A stretch of 64,000 nucleotides of DNA, taken from positions 15,624,001-15,688,000 of the forward strand of contig CM060732.1 in the NCBI GenBank assembly GCA_030704615.1, in the 5' to 3' direction. The first letter of the stretch is position 1. Each line of letters starts with the position of its first letter. Both the position numbers and the translations under genes were made by a program. The notes under the pieces are model-generated. The model ran no database searches and had not been told where the DNA came from. It saw nothing but the letters and a program-made list of their open reading frames with translations. The DNA comes from Takakia lepidozioides. Taxonomy: Eukaryota; Plantae; Bryophyta. Shown piece by piece: positions 60,104 through 64,000 of the stretch.

Positions 60104-62261
60104 TTAGCTTCAAGGGGCGAGGGACCAGAGAGGAGCGGGGACCCCGCGAGGGGAGCGCGCGGCGCGGCGCGTGGGATCAAACCGGGGAGCCGCTGGCTGG
60201 TGTGTGCGAGGCACAACCCGGAGCTACTCGAGAGATAGTGAGGGCCTGGCCGCGGCGATTATAAGCGGGCGGGGGCGGGCGGCGGGCATGCGGGGGCGGG
60301 GGGGGGTTTTGGACCAGTGTCGTACTGGTATTTGCCAGTCGGCCAGGGTATGTGCACTGGTATGAGTAAGAGTATTTTACAACATACAAGTTAGATATGT
60401 CTTGGGGCCTATACCCTGGCTATACCTTGGACCTCGGGTTTTGAACACCGGACCTACCCCCCTACCTACCATATCAGTCTAAGTATGAACTATCATTCAT
60501 CCTCGGCTTGAGACCCATATTGAGGATTGATGAACCCAAGCTAGCATGGGTATGTGTAATGATACAATTTTTTTGTGCTTATCCTCATTCACATTTGTGC
60601 AATGTAAAAAATAACACTATATCTTTGGGCTCCCAGCCATAGGCATCGCTGATTTGAGCCGCTGACATCACGTATCCAAACCACTACAACATAGATCACC
60701 ATAATATAACCATGTACCAAAAATATAAATTTATAACTAACAACAGGGGTTTGTGGTTACAAATATAAAAAACATGTAAAAATAACATGAAGTTAATCTT
60801 TAAATACCATAATATATAATGTAATTGTCGAAGATACCATCCATTAAAAATATAACTATACCATTGTACATACCACCCTAGTATCTCATTTGAGTTGTTG
60901 TCATACCCATGCCTAGGACCAGGGTATCTCAAAATTCGAAATACCCATACCCATCCTTAACCTACCTAGCCAGTCCTAATCTAACGCGGGCCCTACCAGT
61001 TGGACCCAATACCGGGACCTGTGGGGTATGCCAAAATGGACATACCAGTTTGGACAGAGGCGGGGATTTGACGCGACAGACGGCTCCGGGGAGCGCACAG
61101 ACGTCCGTGCCGTCAGTTTCGCACGCGCACATTTAACTCGTCGGGTAAGGGTAGTCTCTTCACACACAAAATACAAATATAAATATCCAAAATAGCCAAA
61201 AGATATCTTGTGCACAAAATGTGATGATAACTCCATTTGTTGAGTCTTCTACATGCCATTGATGATGATTCATGCAATTTTTCTTTCTCAATGTCGATTC
61301 AAATTTCAACCTTCAGCGCATTTCCTTTAGATGTGAGAAAAGGGAATATATGCACCCTGGCCTCCTAGCATCATTAGTACTATGTGTGTACCCACCCCAA
61401 GAGCAGACTACTCTCTTTGAAACCAGTTGCAACCAGTCCCTTCCTTAGAAACCACAGCAGATGGAATACGACAACAAACCATCACATCCTACAGCAGCCC
61501 AGAAATGTAGCCCAACTACGTCAAAGTCCATGAAGGGGGCCTACAATAGCATGGAGAACTTAGAACCACATTGTTGCTCATATTTCACCTATGGAAAGCA
61601 TCCCACAAGTTAACATAACTGCTCAAGCATCTAGCAATAAAGTGTTCTCTAAATTTTGGAGACAAATCATGAAGTGCAAAAGCACTCCAAAGATGTTGTC
61701 CTGACATTTGTGTACTCTCTACAATAGAGCTTTCCAGCTCCACCATGTATCCTGTCGTGGTCATAAAACCTTCATACCTCTGTTACGAGCCTCTATCATA
61801 CTGAACACTCACCCCAAGGGGAGTGCAACCTGGAAACAGTGGAAGGGAAGAAATGATGGGTTCAACTATTGCCCAGAATATACCATGGATCCATTGTGGC
61901 TGTTTCAGATCTGCCCAACTTCTCGTTCCACTATGGAGACCATCGATAGGGGATCTCAGGTACTTGCAAACTGCAGATGAAGATGGGTTGAGCACACCTG
62001 CGTAGCTAACCTGAACAACACTTTCATTGTTATGGGAAACCCCAGCCTCTCTGTGATCTCTTTGGCACAGAGCCCATTCATAGCATGAAAGCCTCACCCT
62101 TGTACATGATCAGGTCAAGCTCTGCGACTTTACCTTTAATCACTGATCAAATGCTGAAGGCCTGCAATAATGCTCCGAGTGTGACTGGTCCAACATTACC
62201 CTCGGCAAGGTCGAGGTGTCCTTGCAGTCTCTTACACCAAGCTTCATCCATGTACTGGCCC

Positions 62262-64000
62262 TCATGAACCACTCATTTCACGCTTGAGACCTGTGATCCG
62301 TACCATATCCACATTGGTTGATTCCACAGAGACTGACTGAAGCACTGGCTCTGGAGGCAAAGTGGATTTTCTAGAAAGCTTCAAGTTGCCTCGTAAATCA
62401 CGACCAATGCAGACAACAGGTAGCTGCTGCCCAAGTGAGAGAACATCTGCCACTCGTTCAATGCGTTCATGTGAAATTTCAGAGATGTGAAGCAAGCCTT
62501 GGTAACCCCCATCAAGCTCTAGAAAGGCCCCAAAGTCTTTGATGGCAACCACTCTGGCCACATATGTGCCACCCACCTCGACGTCCTTTCCAACAGAGGC
62601 TTCTACCATTGCTTTTGCTTGGTCAAAGGTGGCCTGATCCTTGGCAAATATAGTCACCACTCCATCATCGGACACACTCACTCGAGCGTCAGTTACCCTC
62701 TGTTACCATACAAAACCAGTTAGGCAACCAAGGTAACAAAGGGAGACTACATCCTAACAGGAGCCCCCAATAAGGCATACCTAATGCCAAGGTGAACAGC
62801 TAGATATTGGCATGTGACTTTTAACCAAATCTCTCTCTCGTATACTTTATGAAAAGGAAAGCAATGCCTGCACCTTTGCCACGACCCTCACCTCTAGAGC
62901 ATCAGTTCAGAACAACCTATTTCAAGCTTTTGAATGAATCATTGTTAAGATTTGGGTCTGTACCTGAATATTCTTCACATTAGAACCTTGAGGCCCAATG
63001 AATCGTCCAATACTGTCCTGCTGAATGGTTATGGTGCCGCTGCGTGGCATATTCTCCCTTTGAGCATCTCGGGGCTTGCTAATTGTTTGCTCCATAAAAT
63101 TTATGATCTGAGTGCGGCCAACTAAAGCAGGTTCTAAAGCCTCACAAAGAATATGCAATGGAACTCCAGGAGGCTTAATATCCAGCTGAATTGCTGTTAT
63201 GCCTTTTCGGGTACCAGCAATCTTGAAATCCATGTCTCCAAGGTGATCTTCCAGCCCTAATATATCAGTAAGAATTCTGTGTTCAGTCACATCTCCTGTT
63301 GAAGAATCAGCAACACTTACCAGCCCAACTGAAACGCCTGCCACATGCTCCCGTAATGGTACGCCCGCATCCATCAAAGCTAGACTTCCCCCACACACAG
63401 TAGCCATGGATGAAGACCCATCAGATGCCAAACACTCTGAAGTCACTCGTACACTGTATGGAAAGTCCTCCTCTGGGGGTAGCAAGGCAACCAGAGCTTT
63501 CTCTGCTAAAGTCCCGTGACCGACTTCTCGTCTATTCAAACCCCCCAAGCGGCCAACCTCGTTGATTGAGAAGGGCGGAAAACTATAGTGCACCATAAAG
63601 CGCTTCCTTGAGAGCCCGACGAGAGAGTCCAACCGCTGCGCATCGTCAGGAGCCCCCATTGTAACGGTGCACAATACTTGGGTGTTCCCACGGGAAAACA
63701 GTGAGGAACCATGGAGGGGTGGGTACGGAGCTGCCTCACAATAGAGCTCCCTCACTTGGTCCAGTGCTCGGCCATCCACCCTCACTCCCTTATGAAAGAT
63801 ATTTTCTCGGAGAACCTGCTTCTTCACTGCGTCAAATGCATGCGACAACACTTTCACAGAGGTTTCATCGCCCTCCGCTTTCAAGATGTCTTTGACATCC
63901 TCTTCTATTTTGCTCAGTGTCTTTCCACGAGCAAACTTCCCATATGCTGGGTCCCCCATGACGGATTGGATAGCAGCCTCTGCTAAGCTCCTCACTTTCT
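62262..64000 (-). CDS. PNP2: Polyribonucleotide nucleotidyltransferase (PNPase), plant mitochondrial type, 3' part (RNase PH2, KH, S1)
   Basis: RVDGR, HGSSLFSRGNTQ, HYSFPPFS, RREVGHG, SDGSSSMATVCGGSLALMDAGVP, GDMDFKIAG, KH IGPQG, S1 DFGAF..GLLHISE. GT-AG intron at 62700-62963 keeps the frame (NIQ|RVTDARVSVS). The gene continues beyond the window. Symbol assigned from recalled resemblance to the Arabidopsis mitochondrial enzyme. Confidence 0.93.

Overview
Eukaryotic, intron-containing, transposon-dense DNA, most likely from a bryophyte-type land plant (inferred from degenerate TTTAGGG-like repeats, a Sola-type transposase, Ty3/Gypsy elements and a plant mitochondrial-type PNPase gene at the right edge). 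The main structure is a family of large Mutator-like (MULE) DNA transposons present as two strongly diverged members: element A (~3793-18974) and element B (~34286 to the assembly gap at 48142). A partial inverted copy of A lies at ~28320-34287. A and B share one layout: (1) a G8-(C)TGCTATTYCRTGAGCC terminus followed by RTGAGC repeats; (2) a multi-exon minus-strand gene for a ParB/Srx-like domain (DGNHRLLAW) fused to a beta-class amino-DNA-methyltransferase fold (IILDIPDG ... VLDLxxGTG-AS ... R..(F/Y)E); (3) a divergently oriented GCM-like Zn + DDE transposase (SWIM finger visible in A; B is cut by the gap); (4) dozens of palindromes with a shared TGCG-N4-CGCA core in non-coding DNA and introns. 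My leading hypothesis, which is inference only, is a transposon-borne ParB/parS-like DNA-binding and methylation (self-marking or anti-silencing) system. Other content: an ~8.3 kb inverted duplication (13101-21376 / 25917-34287), a degenerate Sola-like transposase interrupted by a solo LTR, a head-to-head pair of unknown paralogous cargo genes, a kinase remnant, two Gypsy retrotransposon remnants, a 500-N gap and the 3' part of PNPase. Many single-base frameshifts sit in homopolymers and may be long-read consensus errors, so pseudogene calls are provisional. All alignments and counts were done by eye.
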